Assembly: GCA_017959365.1 (NCBI GenBank)
Contig: JAGDAU010000109.1
Span: 1-55,986, forward strand
Origin: Prevotella sp.
GTDB lineage: Bacteria > Bacteroidota > Bacteroidia > Bacteroidales > Bacteroidaceae
Direction: 5' to 3'
DNA length: 55,986 bases
The translations under genes were made by a program, and so were the position numbers. The notes under the pieces are model-generated. The model saw only the letters and a program-made list of their open reading frames with translations. It was not told where the DNA came from and did no database searches. This document shows, in pieces, positions 39,292 through 48,325 of the stretch; the first letter of the stretch is position 1, and each line of letters starts with the position of its first letter.

Positions 39292-40173
39292 TTATATAAT
39301 TTTCTCTTCTGGTTTAGTGTCGTGGGTTATCCATTGGTTGGCGCCTATCACAGTACCCTTGCCAATTGTTACCCTTCCTAATACCGTGGCATTACTGTAC
39401 ACGATAACGTTGTCCTCTAATATCGGGTGACGTGGTATGCCCTTGATGGGATTGCCATTGTCGTCAAGTGGGAAACTCTTAGCTCCGAGTGTTACACCTT
39501 GATATAGTTTCACATTATTGCCGATGATACAGGTAGCCCCGATAACCACACCCGTGCCATGGTCAATGGTGAAATACTCTCCTATAGTGGCAGCCGGGTG
39601 AATGTCTATACCTGTCTCATTATGTGCCAGTTCGGTTATCATACGTGGAATAAGAGGCACCTGAAGGATGTATAGCTCATGTGCTATACGATAGCATGTC
39701 AGCGCCTTAATGGCGGGGTAGCAGCATATTATCTCCTCATAGCTTGTTGCCGCGGGGTCGCCGTTGAAAGCAGCCTTTACGTCTGTTGTCAGAATACGTC
39801 TTATCTCTGGCAGTCTGGCTATGAGTTGTGTTGAGAGCAGGTCTGCTTTCTGTCTTATGTCATCGCAATCCTTAACGTTGTCATCGCATGAGGCGAAGCA
39901 CAGTCCGGCAAGTATCTCGTGAGACAGCAGTTTGTTGAGTCTCTCAATGCCAACTCCTATATGATACTGTATGGTTTGCTGCTTTATGGTTGATTTGCCA
40001 TAATATCCAGGAAACAGTATAGACCTTGCGATGTCTATAACTTCTTGCAATGATTTTCCAGACGGTATAGGCATGCCATCGATATGCTGGTGGAAAATTT
40101 CCCTTAAAGACTCTTTTCTACTTAATGTCTCAACGGTGTCATTGAGTATCTGAGCCTTGCTTTTGTCGTTCAT
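39292..40173 (-). CDS. cysE: Serine O-acetyltransferase
   Basis: GDPAA, YRIAH, TGIDIHPAATIG, IDHGTGVVIG, YQGVTLGA and RHP. Confidence 0.93.
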   Translation of the reverse strand: MNDKSKAQILNDTVETLSRKESLREIFHQHIDGMPIPSGKSLQEVIDIARSILFPGYYGKSTIKQQTIQYHIGVGIERLNKLLSHEILAGLCFASCDDNVKDCDDIRQKADLLSTQLIARLPEIRRILTTDVKAAFNGDPAATSYEEIICCYPAIKALTCYRIAHELYILQVPLIPRMITELAHNETGIDIHPAATIGEYFTIDHGTGVVIGATCIIGNNVKLYQGVTLGAKSFPLDDNGNPIKGIPRHPILEDNVIVYSNATVLGRVTIGKGTVIGANQWITHDTKPEEKII

Positions 40174-40234
40174 CTTTGTTGTGTCAATAAATAAAAAGGC
40201 AGGTCGTAAAATGACCTATTATCCAAAATCGTTG

Positions 40235-40265
40235 CAAAATTACGAATAATAGATAAAAATACAAA
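40235..40265 (-). promoter_or_regulatory. Primary sigma promoter for cysE, possibly driving the downstream minus-strand run
   Basis: TTTG-N19-TAATTTTG on the minus strand. Confidence 0.65.
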
Positions 40266-40343
40266 AAGAAAAGCGCTTTTTTTCTATTATAAATTTACTA
40301 ATTTATATAATAGGGTGAATTATGTGTATTTTTGTTAATGTTC

Positions 40344-40374
40344 TTTGGTATTAGGGATTTTATGCGTACCTTTG
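40344..40374 (+). promoter_or_regulatory. Primary sigma promoter for the inositol operon, TTTG-N19-TACCTTTG
   Basis: Exact consensus about 80 nt upstream of ATG 40456. Confidence 0.72.
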
Positions 40375-40455
40375 CACCGTTTTTTTAAAAACAATCCGCC
40401 ATCTCATCCGTTAATACAGATTTTGGTGGAGTGTTTGACAATCATAATTATACAG

Positions 40456-41244
40456 ATGAAATTTGCTATCATTGCGGCTGGTGACGGGTCGCGTTTAGAG
40501 CAAGAGGGAATAAGAGTACCCAAACCGCTCATAGAGGTGGGCCATGAACGGCTCATCGACCGCTTGATAAGGCTATATACTGATATGGGTGCGAGTGAGA
40601 TAGATGTGATATGTAATGATAAGACCATTCATGTGGGTTCACATCTGGCAAGAATCCAGAATCAGGGTCTGCATGGTCGTCCTGTTCCATTACGTTTCAT
40701 GATAAAAAGTACTCCAAGTTCGATGCATAGCCTACATGAGCTGCATAGGTATTTAGGCGACGAGCCGTTTATACTGTCCACTGTTGACACAATTTTCGAT
40801 GAGGATGATTTATGTCGTTATGTGGATGCTTTCCGTAATAGTAACGGAGAGTGTCTGATGGGAGTGACAAGATATGTTGACGATGAGAAACCTTTGTATG
40901 TGTCTGTGGGGGAGGGTATGCGTATTAATGGCTTTCTTGACAAGTCTGACTGCTGTGAGTATGTAAGTGCGGGCATCTATGGATTGCAGCCTCAGGTGTG
41001 GCAGGTCTTGGATGAGTGTGTGCGTCGTGGTGAGAGTAGAATGAGAAATTTCCAGCGTGCGTTGCTTTCTTCAGATGGCGTTGGATCACGTCTGCGTGCT
41101 TTTGCTTTTGGAAAGGTCTTTGATGTTGACCATAAGGAGGATATTTATAAGGCAGAAGCCTTTCTCTTGGGTAAAGATGAAATGGTGGATGATGACAGAT
41201 ATCATTTTGCCAAGGATGAATTGATGGAGAGTGATGATGAATGA
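40456..41244 (+). CDS. Nucleotidyltransferase (NTP_transferase), putative inositol-phosphate cytidylyltransferase
   Basis: MKFAIIAAGDGSRL...PKPL signature and C-terminal DVD...D. The substrate is inferred from gene context. Confidence 0.8.
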   Translation: MKFAIIAAGDGSRLEQEGIRVPKPLIEVGHERLIDRLIRLYTDMGASEIDVICNDKTIHVGSHLARIQNQGLHGRPVPLRFMIKSTPSSMHSLHELHRYLGDEPFILSTVDTIFDEDDLCRYVDAFRNSNGECLMGVTRYVDDEKPLYVSVGEGMRINGFLDKSDCCEYVSAGIYGLQPQVWQVLDECVRRGESRMRNFQRALLSSDGVGSRLRAFAFGKVFDVDHKEDIYKAEAFLLGKDEMVDDDRYHFAKDELMESDDE

Positions 41245-42100
41245 ATATAAGGCTCTAATTATACGCCGCGCCCCCAAATTCTCTCCTAATTCAGTAGAAA
41301 AGGATTGCGCCATCATAGAGGCTGTTGCCGATATTTTATCTTCTTCGGGAATAAGCGTAAGGATGACAGACGAAGACCTGCTGACAAGTGACGATATGGT
41401 AAATATCGACATGGTGCTTACGATGTGTCGCAGCAGGCGAGCCTTAGACATTCTTACCCCTTTTGAGGACAAGGTCGCCATGATTAATGTTCCATCCTCT
41501 ATAATGGCGTGTAACCGCAAAGATATCCGTAAGGTGATGAGACGCAACAATTTACCTTATCCTACCCCAGGCAAGATATACGGCAACAGTGCGGTATGGA
41601 TCAAGAGGGCTGACGGGCACACAATGGTAGAACACGATGTGGTGTTCTGTGAGAGCGGGGCGGACAAGACGGCTGCTGTCAGATATTTTAAATCCATTGG
41701 ATCTGAGTATATCACTCAAGCCCATGTGGAGGGAGACCTTGTGAAATTCTATGGTGTAGGGTCGGATTTCTTCCGGACTTTTTATCCAGGAGATGATGGT
41801 GACGTGAAATACACCAAAGACTTGTGCCAAGACAAGCCGCGACATTATGCATATGGGTCAGAGTCTTTACGGGAGGCTGCTGAGACCATTGCCCGTGAAA
41901 TCGGTATAGATGTCTGGGGCGGTGATGCTATCATAACACCAGATGGTGATTATTACATAATAGATTTCAACGACTGGCCCAGTTTCTCCCGCTGCCGTGA
42001 TGACGCTGCCAAGGCTATTGCCCAAAGAATCATATTGAGGATTACAGGAATGTATCTGTTACGGAACAAGGAAATTAAGGAAAGGAGTAATGGAAGATAA
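41231..42100 (+). CDS. ATP-grasp fold protein of unknown function
   Basis: INVPSSI, VWIKR, YITQAHVEGDLVKFYGV and GGDAII...YIIDFNDWPSF. Confidence 0.7.
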   Translation: MMMNEYKALIIRRAPKFSPNSVEKDCAIIEAVADILSSSGISVRMTDEDLLTSDDMVNIDMVLTMCRSRRALDILTPFEDKVAMINVPSSIMACNRKDIRKVMRRNNLPYPTPGKIYGNSAVWIKRADGHTMVEHDVVFCESGADKTAAVRYFKSIGSEYITQAHVEGDLVKFYGVGSDFFRTFYPGDDGDVKYTKDLCQDKPRHYAYGSESLREAAETIAREIGIDVWGGDAIITPDGDYYIIDFNDWPSFSRCRDDAAKAIAQRIILRITGMYLLRNKEIKERSNGR

Positions 42101-43040
42101 CCGCACATTTAAGGAATTGCTACAAGCCTCTTTTAAGTCGGAGGATACAGAGGAGTGGCTTGACGTATGGTTTACCCGTCCCATAGGTCTTGCCTTTGCC
42201 TTGCTGTGGCGTAGGCTTGGTGTGCATCCAAACACAATAACCATATTGTCTATATTCCTTGGTATGGGCGCTGGTGCTATGTTTTATTTCTCTGATTTCT
42301 GGCATAACCTGGCAGGTATCATTCTGTTGATGTTTGCCAATTTCTGCGACTCTACCGATGGACAGTTAGCCCGCTTGACGGGTCAGAAGACCATGATAGG
42401 CCGTATGCTTGACGGTTTTGCGGGTGATGTGTGGTTCTTTTGCATCTATCTTGCTATTTTGCTTCGCTTGTGGCACCAGCCGATACCGTTTACAGATGAT
42501 ATAGAGTGGGGTATAGGTGCTTTTGTGCTGTGTGCCGTGGCAAGTTTGCTGTGTCACTCGCCTCAGAGCTCCCTCGCCGACTATTACCGTCAGATCCATT
42601 TGTTCTTCCTCTCCGGTAAGGATGGTAGTGAGTTTAGTACCTGGAAACAGAACAAGGATTATTATGATAGTCTGCCAAAAGAAGCACGTCTTGATCGTGC
42701 TTTCTATTATAATTATTGCAACTACTGTAAGAGTCAGGAACGTAGGACTCCGGCATTTCAGCGTTTTATGTCGTTATGGACTACGGAGGCTATTGATAAT
42801 GAACAGCGGGAGCAGATCCGTCAGGAATTTCTTTACGGCCGTCGGCCGCTGATGAAATACACCAATATCCTGACATTTAATACCCGTGCTATCTGTCTGT
42901 ATGTCAGTTGTCTCGCTGATGTTCCATGGCTTTATCCCGTGATAGAGATAACAGTTTTTTCAGTGTTGTACGTTTATATGAAATATAGCCATGAGAGTCT
43001 TTCTGCATTGATGGCAAAAAAAATACAAGAAAAAAAATAA
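42090..43040 (+). CDS. CDP-alcohol phosphotransferase family protein
   Basis: HPNTIT and the full DxxDGxxAR...GxxxDxxxD signature (DSTDGQLAR...GRMLDGFAGD). Confidence 0.92.
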   Translation: MEDNRTFKELLQASFKSEDTEEWLDVWFTRPIGLAFALLWRRLGVHPNTITILSIFLGMGAGAMFYFSDFWHNLAGIILLMFANFCDSTDGQLARLTGQKTMIGRMLDGFAGDVWFFCIYLAILLRLWHQPIPFTDDIEWGIGAFVLCAVASLLCHSPQSSLADYYRQIHLFFLSGKDGSEFSTWKQNKDYYDSLPKEARLDRAFYYNYCNYCKSQERRTPAFQRFMSLWTTEAIDNEQREQIRQEFLYGRRPLMKYTNILTFNTRAICLYVSCLADVPWLYPVIEITVFSVLYVYMKYSHESLSALMAKKIQEKK

Positions 43041-43072
43041 TAAATTGATAGTATTTACGATATATAATAAAC

Positions 43073-43792
43073 ATGTGGAATAAAATAAAGGCCATAATAT
43101 TCGATTACGGCGGTACCATTGACACCGGAGGCGTGCATTGGAGCGTCGTCTTTTGGCGTGCCTATCAAGAGCATAGTGTACCAATCACGGAGGAAGACTT
43201 CCGTGAGGCATACGTGTTTACAGAGCGTACGCTGGGCAAGAATCCTATTATCCAGCCAAACTATACGTTCCGCAAGACATTGGAAATAAAGGTGCGTATT
43301 CAGACTGAATACCTTGTTTCTCAGGGTGTATGGAACTGCACCGATTTTGAGCGTCTGAGCCGTGTTGCCCAGATTGTCGAGACAGCCTACTCAACGGTTG
43401 TTGCAACTATTGCACGCATCCGTCCTGCTGTAGAGTCACTCTCCAAGCAGTTGCCTTTGGCTTTGGTGAGTAATTTCTACGGTAATATGAGTGTTGTGCT
43501 TGAGGAGTTCGGTCTCAGTGATCTCTTTACCACAGTAGTGGAATCAGCTGTGGTGGGTGTGCGTAAGCCGGATGCGCGGATTTTCCTTATTGCCTCAGAG
43601 CGATTAGGCGTACGTCCGGATGAGATACTTGTGGTAGGCGACAGTTATGATAAGGATATCTGCCCTGCCCGTAAGGCTGGCATGCATACGGCATGGCTGA
43701 GAGTGGAAGGCTGGATAAAGGCAGAACCGGATAGTCCAGAGTGTGACGTGATTATTGATGAAATAGATAATTTATTGAAAACAAATACTTGA
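43073..43792 (+). CDS. HAD family hydrolase (phosphatase)
   Basis: FDYGGTID motif I, VSNF, RKPD and VGDSYDKD. Confidence 0.9.
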   Translation: MWNKIKAIIFDYGGTIDTGGVHWSVVFWRAYQEHSVPITEEDFREAYVFTERTLGKNPIIQPNYTFRKTLEIKVRIQTEYLVSQGVWNCTDFERLSRVAQIVETAYSTVVATIARIRPAVESLSKQLPLALVSNFYGNMSVVLEEFGLSDLFTTVVESAVVGVRKPDARIFLIASERLGVRPDEILVVGDSYDKDICPARKAGMHTAWLRVEGWIKAEPDSPECDVIIDEIDNLLKTNT

Positions 43793-43826
43793 AGTGTAAT
43801 ATTAATTGAAAAATACACGTAAAATC

Positions 43827-45134
43827 ATGATAAATGAAAATGTAAAACCGGCAAACGGTAAATTAGGCATATTGGTGGTTGGTTGCGGAGCTGTAGCCAC
43901 CACATTCTTCACTGGCGTGATGATGGCGCGCAGAGGATTGGCAAAACCAGTCGGTTCCCTGACTCAGTATGATAAAATACGTATTGGAAAAGGGGACAAT
44001 AAGAAATATTCAGGTTATTATGACATAGTTCCCTTAGCAGAGCTTAAGGATTTAGAGTTTGGCACTTGGGATGTCTATCCTCAGGATGCCTTCCGTGCGG
44101 CTATGTATGCCAAGGTGCTGGAGGAAAAAGATATTTTACCAGTGAGAGAAGAGTTGGAGCGTATCGTTCCGATGCCCGCTGCCTTTGACAAGAATTATGC
44201 CAAGCGTATAGACGGCGACAATGTGATGGTTGGCAAGACGCGTTGGGAAATGGTGGAACAGTTGCGTGACGACATCCGTCGTTTCAAGCATGAGCATGGC
44301 TGTGACCGTATCGTTGTTGTCTGGGCTGCCTCAACAGAAATTTATCTTCCAATAGACAAGGATGTCCATTACTCCCTGTCAGCTCTCGAGGCAGCTATGA
44401 AAGCTGATGATCGTGAGCACATAGCACCATCCATGTGTTATGCATACGCGGCTCTTTCAGAAGGAGCCCCATTTGTCATGGGTGCGCCTAACACCACTGT
44501 TGACATACCGGCTATATGGGAGTTGGCAGAGAAAACCCGTATGCCAATAGCCGGCAAAGACTTTAAGAGTGGCCAGACCCTTGTCAAATCCGGTTTCGCA
44601 CCTATCATCGGCACTCGTTGCATGGGATTGTCTGGATGGTTCTCCACAAATATCCTCGGCAACAGAGACGGCATGGTATTGGATGAGCCGGATAATTTCC
44701 GTACCAAGGAGGTGAGCAAGCTTTCTACATTGGAGACAATACTTAAGTCCACAGACCAACCAGACCTCTATAAGGACTATTATCATAAGGTAAGGATTAA
44801 CTACTATCCTCCCCGTAATGACAATAAGGAGAGTTGGGATAATATTGACATTTTCGGCTGGATGGGTTATCCTATGCAGATAAAGATTAATTTCCTTTGT
44901 CGTGACTCTATACTTGCAGCGCCCTTACTTCTTGACCTTGCACTGCTCATTGACCTTGCCATGCGTGCCGGACGTTATGGAATACAACGTTTTCTGAGTT
45001 TCTATCTTAAGAGTCCGATGCATGACTATACTCAGGGTGAGGAGGCGGTCAACAATCTTTATCAACAATATACAATGTTAAAAAATGCCCTTCGTGAGAT
45101 GGGTGGATATGATGCAGATGAGGAAATCGATTAA
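43827..45134 (+). CDS. ino1: myo-Inositol-1-phosphate synthase (MIPS)
   Basis: GCGAVATT, WAASTE, GKDFKSGQT, STNILGNRDG, DNKESWD, CRDSILAAPL and FYLKSP. Confidence 0.95.
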   Translation: MINENVKPANGKLGILVVGCGAVATTFFTGVMMARRGLAKPVGSLTQYDKIRIGKGDNKKYSGYYDIVPLAELKDLEFGTWDVYPQDAFRAAMYAKVLEEKDILPVREELERIVPMPAAFDKNYAKRIDGDNVMVGKTRWEMVEQLRDDIRRFKHEHGCDRIVVVWAASTEIYLPIDKDVHYSLSALEAAMKADDREHIAPSMCYAYAALSEGAPFVMGAPNTTVDIPAIWELAEKTRMPIAGKDFKSGQTLVKSGFAPIIGTRCMGLSGWFSTNILGNRDGMVLDEPDNFRTKEVSKLSTLETILKSTDQPDLYKDYYHKVRINYYPPRNDNKESWDNIDIFGWMGYPMQIKINFLCRDSILAAPLLLDLALLIDLAMRAGRYGIQRFLSFYLKSPMHDYTQGEEAVNNLYQQYTMLKNALREMGGYDADEEID

Positions 45135-47721
45135 ATATCTGCTTACTTTGCTGTTGTGTGTGCTTACCCAAACAGTGTTAGCGCAGATTAACGGCAAGGT
45201 GGTGGATTCAGTTACCGGTGAGACAATACCATTCCCGTCATTGTTATATAAAGGACATGGTGTTGCGGTGGCAGGTGATGTTGACGGCAATTTTAAGATT
45301 GAGCGTCATAATGGTTGGTATCTCACTATTAAGTCTGTGGGATATCAAGACAGGCGTATACTCATTAACGAGAAGACATCGCGCAACATCACTGTGAAAC
45401 TCATACCAGATACACGTGCCCTTGACGAGGTTGTGGTAAAGGCAAAGCGCCGCACCCGTTATACTCGTAAGAACAACCCCGCCGTTGAGTTGATGCAGCG
45501 CGTTATAGCCGCCAAGAAGAAGACGGATTTGGAGAATTATCCTTTTTATCAGTTTAACAAGTATCAGAAGATAACTTTAGCCGTTAATGATATCAAGCCG
45601 GAGGATATGGAAAAAGGCTTGTTTAAGAATGCCCCTTGGCTTGTTAATCAGGTGGAGCAATGCGAGTTTACTCAGAAACTCATATTGCCTTTGTCTGTTG
45701 ATGAGACAGTTACCCAGCACTTATACCGTAAAGATCCCCGTACAGAAAAGGATGTTATTATGGGTCAGCAGTCAACAGGTGTCAATAAAGTGATACAGAC
45801 TGGTGAGACCGTAAACACCATGCTCAAGGAGATATTTACAGACATAGACATCTATGATGACCATGTGAAATTATTGCAGTATCATTTCCCAAGCCCTATA
45901 GGACGTACAGCGATATCATTCTACCGCTATTATATTCAGGATACAGTGTTTGTGGGTAATGACAAGTGTTACCATTTGCAGTTCCTGCCCAACAACCAGC
46001 AGGACTTCGGTTTCCGTGGTGAGTTGTACATCCTGTGTGACTCATCGCTGCATGTAAAGCGTTGTGATATGACAGTACCCCGCAGGAGTGGTGTTAACTT
46101 CGTTGATAATATCCGTATGCAGCAGGAGTACACTCGCCTTGACAATGGTGAGTGGGTGCTTACCGTTGACAATATGGTAGCGGAGATGCAAATAGCCAAT
46201 ATCTTCACCAAAGCCATTGTGATACGAAACACCAGATTGTCGGATTATGACTTCTCAGAGATATCTGACAAGAAATTCAGGGGTAAGGCAAAGAAGCGTA
46301 CCGAGGCAGATGCTCAAATACGCGATCAGGCATTCTGGGACCGTTATCGTACCATCGGCCTGACAAAGAGTGAGGAGAATATGGGTTCGTTTATCAAGAG
46401 CATGGAACAGTCGAAGAATTTCAAATGGATGCTGATTGCCGCTAAGGTGCTCATAGAGAATTTTGTGGAGACCCATCCGGATAAAGACAAGAGTAAGTTT
46501 GATATTGGACCCGTTAACACCTTTATATCTTATAATTTTGTGGACAAGTGGCGTTTCCGTCTGAGTGGCAGAACTACAGCCCGCCTTAATCCTCATCTCT
46601 TTTGGGATGGTTATTATGCCTACGGTACAAAGTCGAGGAAGCATTATTATGGTACCAACTTCACTTATTCGTTTAACAAGAAGAAAAACCAGCCGTTTGA
46701 ATACCCTCAGCGCACACTGTCTTTTGAGTCGTCATTTGATGTGATGTCGCCGTCAGATAAGTTTATTATCCATAATAAGGATAATGCTTTCATGGCATTT
46801 AAGACACAGAAGGTGGAGCAGATGTATTTCTACAACCGCCAGAAACTGGATTTTGTCTATGAGACGGATTGGGGATTCCGTTTACATTCCGACATAAAGC
46901 TGGAGAGTAATGATGCCACAGGTGATTTGGAGTTCCGCCACATGCCAGGCTATAAAGCCGCTGACCCATCAGACCCGGGTTATTCAGCTGACATGCCTGT
47001 AGGAGCCCTGGCTGGCAAGATACGCACCTCTGAGATTACGCTGGGAATGAAATACAGCCCCGGACAGACCTTTATCAACACCAAACAGCAGCGCATACCC
47101 ACCAACTACGATTCTCCGGAGTTTTCGTTGAGTCATACCATCGGTTTTGATGGATTGATGGGCGGACAATATAAGTACAACTTTACAGAGGCTGAAATAT
47201 ATAAGCGATTCTGGTTAGGCAGTTGGGGATATATCAACAGCCGTGTCAAGGCAGGCGCTCAATGGAATAAGGTGCCATTCCCATTGCTTATCATGCCACC
47301 TGTCAACCTGTCGTATTGGGAGCACGAGGAGACATTCTCACTGATGAACAATATGGAGTTCCTCAACGACCGTTATGTGTTCTGGAGTGCAGCATGGGAT
47401 ATGAATGGAAAACTTCTTAACCGTATTCCTCTTTTAAAGAAACTGAAGTGGAGGGAGTATTTTGCCGTTAAGGGCATGATAGGTAAGCTGACAGACAAAA
47501 ACAATCCATACCTGCCGGAGAATTACAATGATCCCATATTATTCCAATTTCCTGATAATGTGAATATTATGGATGCAGGAAAGCCTTATTGGGAGATTGT
47601 GGTCGGTGTGCATAATATCTTCAAGTTGTTTGAGGTTGACTATGTCCACCGTCTGAGTTACAACAACCTCTCGACAGCTTCCCGTAATGGTATCCGCTTT
47701 GGATTTAAAGTGTCATTCTGA
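45118..47721 (+). CDS. Outer-membrane protein with an N-terminal carboxypeptidase-regulatory-like domain and a DUF5686-type barrel
   Basis: Signal peptide, INGKVVDSVTGETIPF...SVGY...LDEVVV, NPAVELM, EFLNDRY and a terminal Phe. The start overlaps the MIPS 3' end. Confidence 0.8.
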   Translation: MRKSIKYLLTLLLCVLTQTVLAQINGKVVDSVTGETIPFPSLLYKGHGVAVAGDVDGNFKIERHNGWYLTIKSVGYQDRRILINEKTSRNITVKLIPDTRALDEVVVKAKRRTRYTRKNNPAVELMQRVIAAKKKTDLENYPFYQFNKYQKITLAVNDIKPEDMEKGLFKNAPWLVNQVEQCEFTQKLILPLSVDETVTQHLYRKDPRTEKDVIMGQQSTGVNKVIQTGETVNTMLKEIFTDIDIYDDHVKLLQYHFPSPIGRTAISFYRYYIQDTVFVGNDKCYHLQFLPNNQQDFGFRGELYILCDSSLHVKRCDMTVPRRSGVNFVDNIRMQQEYTRLDNGEWVLTVDNMVAEMQIANIFTKAIVIRNTRLSDYDFSEISDKKFRGKAKKRTEADAQIRDQAFWDRYRTIGLTKSEENMGSFIKSMEQSKNFKWMLIAAKVLIENFVETHPDKDKSKFDIGPVNTFISYNFVDKWRFRLSGRTTARLNPHLFWDGYYAYGTKSRKHYYGTNFTYSFNKKKNQPFEYPQRTLSFESSFDVMSPSDKFIIHNKDNAFMAFKTQKVEQMYFYNRQKLDFVYETDWGFRLHSDIKLESNDATGDLEFRHMPGYKAADPSDPGYSADMPVGALAGKIRTSEITLGMKYSPGQTFINTKQQRIPTNYDSPEFSLSHTIGFDGLMGGQYKYNFTEAEIYKRFWLGSWGYINSRVKAGAQWNKVPFPLLIMPPVNLSYWEHEETFSLMNNMEFLNDRYVFWSAAWDMNGKLLNRIPLLKKLKWREYFAVKGMIGKLTDKNNPYLPENYNDPILFQFPDNVNIMDAGKPYWEIVVGVHNIFKLFEVDYVHRLSYNNLSTASRNGIRFGFKVSF

Positions 47722-47756
47722 TGCTATCTGTATGATTCATAAGATAGTCACAGGGC

Positions 47757-48170
47757 TTAATTTTCCGGTGTGAATGTCATCTTTGACGGTAGTTTGACCC
47801 ATTTCTTGTTGACTGCTATTTTGATGGTGCTTCCTTTCTCCTGACGCAGGGTATAGGTACCGTCGTTCTCAGCTGTTAGGGTTGCCGTAAGGTCTTCACT
47901 GCCATAATCATTGGTTATGGTGAGTGTTGCAATGTTGCCGTTAATCTCGGCGTTGGTGATAATCCATACCCTTCCGTCTTTTCTGTAATACAGGTATCCT
48001 CCCACTTCTCCGAATAGTTCCTGTCCGGGTATTATGAGATTGTTATACAGGTCTATTTTCATTACCACGTCGTGCTCTTTGTTGACGATTGTCTTACGGA
48101 ACGGCTCATCAGCCAGTACGTTGCCAATGAAACATATAATCAGTGTGATTAAACAAATTGTTTTCTTCAT
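47757..48170 (-). CDS. Exported hypothetical protein
   Basis: Signal peptide, PGQELFG and NDYGSEDL motifs; 137 aa. Confidence 0.7.
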   Translation of the reverse strand: MKKTICLITLIICFIGNVLADEPFRKTIVNKEHDVVMKIDLYNNLIIPGQELFGEVGGYLYYRKDGRVWIITNAEINGNIATLTITNDYGSEDLTATLTAENDGTYTLRQEKGSTIKIAVNKKWVKLPSKMTFTPEN

Positions 48171-48325
48171 AATTAATGTGTTCTTAAAAGAAAAGAAAAA
48201 TACAATGATTTGACAAAGTTACTATTTTAAATCATTAAATTGACGTTTCATTCAAAAAAAAGTAACACAAAATTATGTTTTTTTAATTATTATGGTTAAT
48301 TTTGCGCATCATTTTAGGTATTAAC

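Noticed and set aside
40190-40220. Attenuator hairpin in the cysE leader
   Set aside because: On the transcribed minus strand the stem is only about 6 bp before a mismatch and the U tract is offset. Too weak to call.
40345-40455. TTG-start extension of the nucleotidyltransferase
   Set aside because: It spans the promoter, and the family signature begins at ATG 40456.
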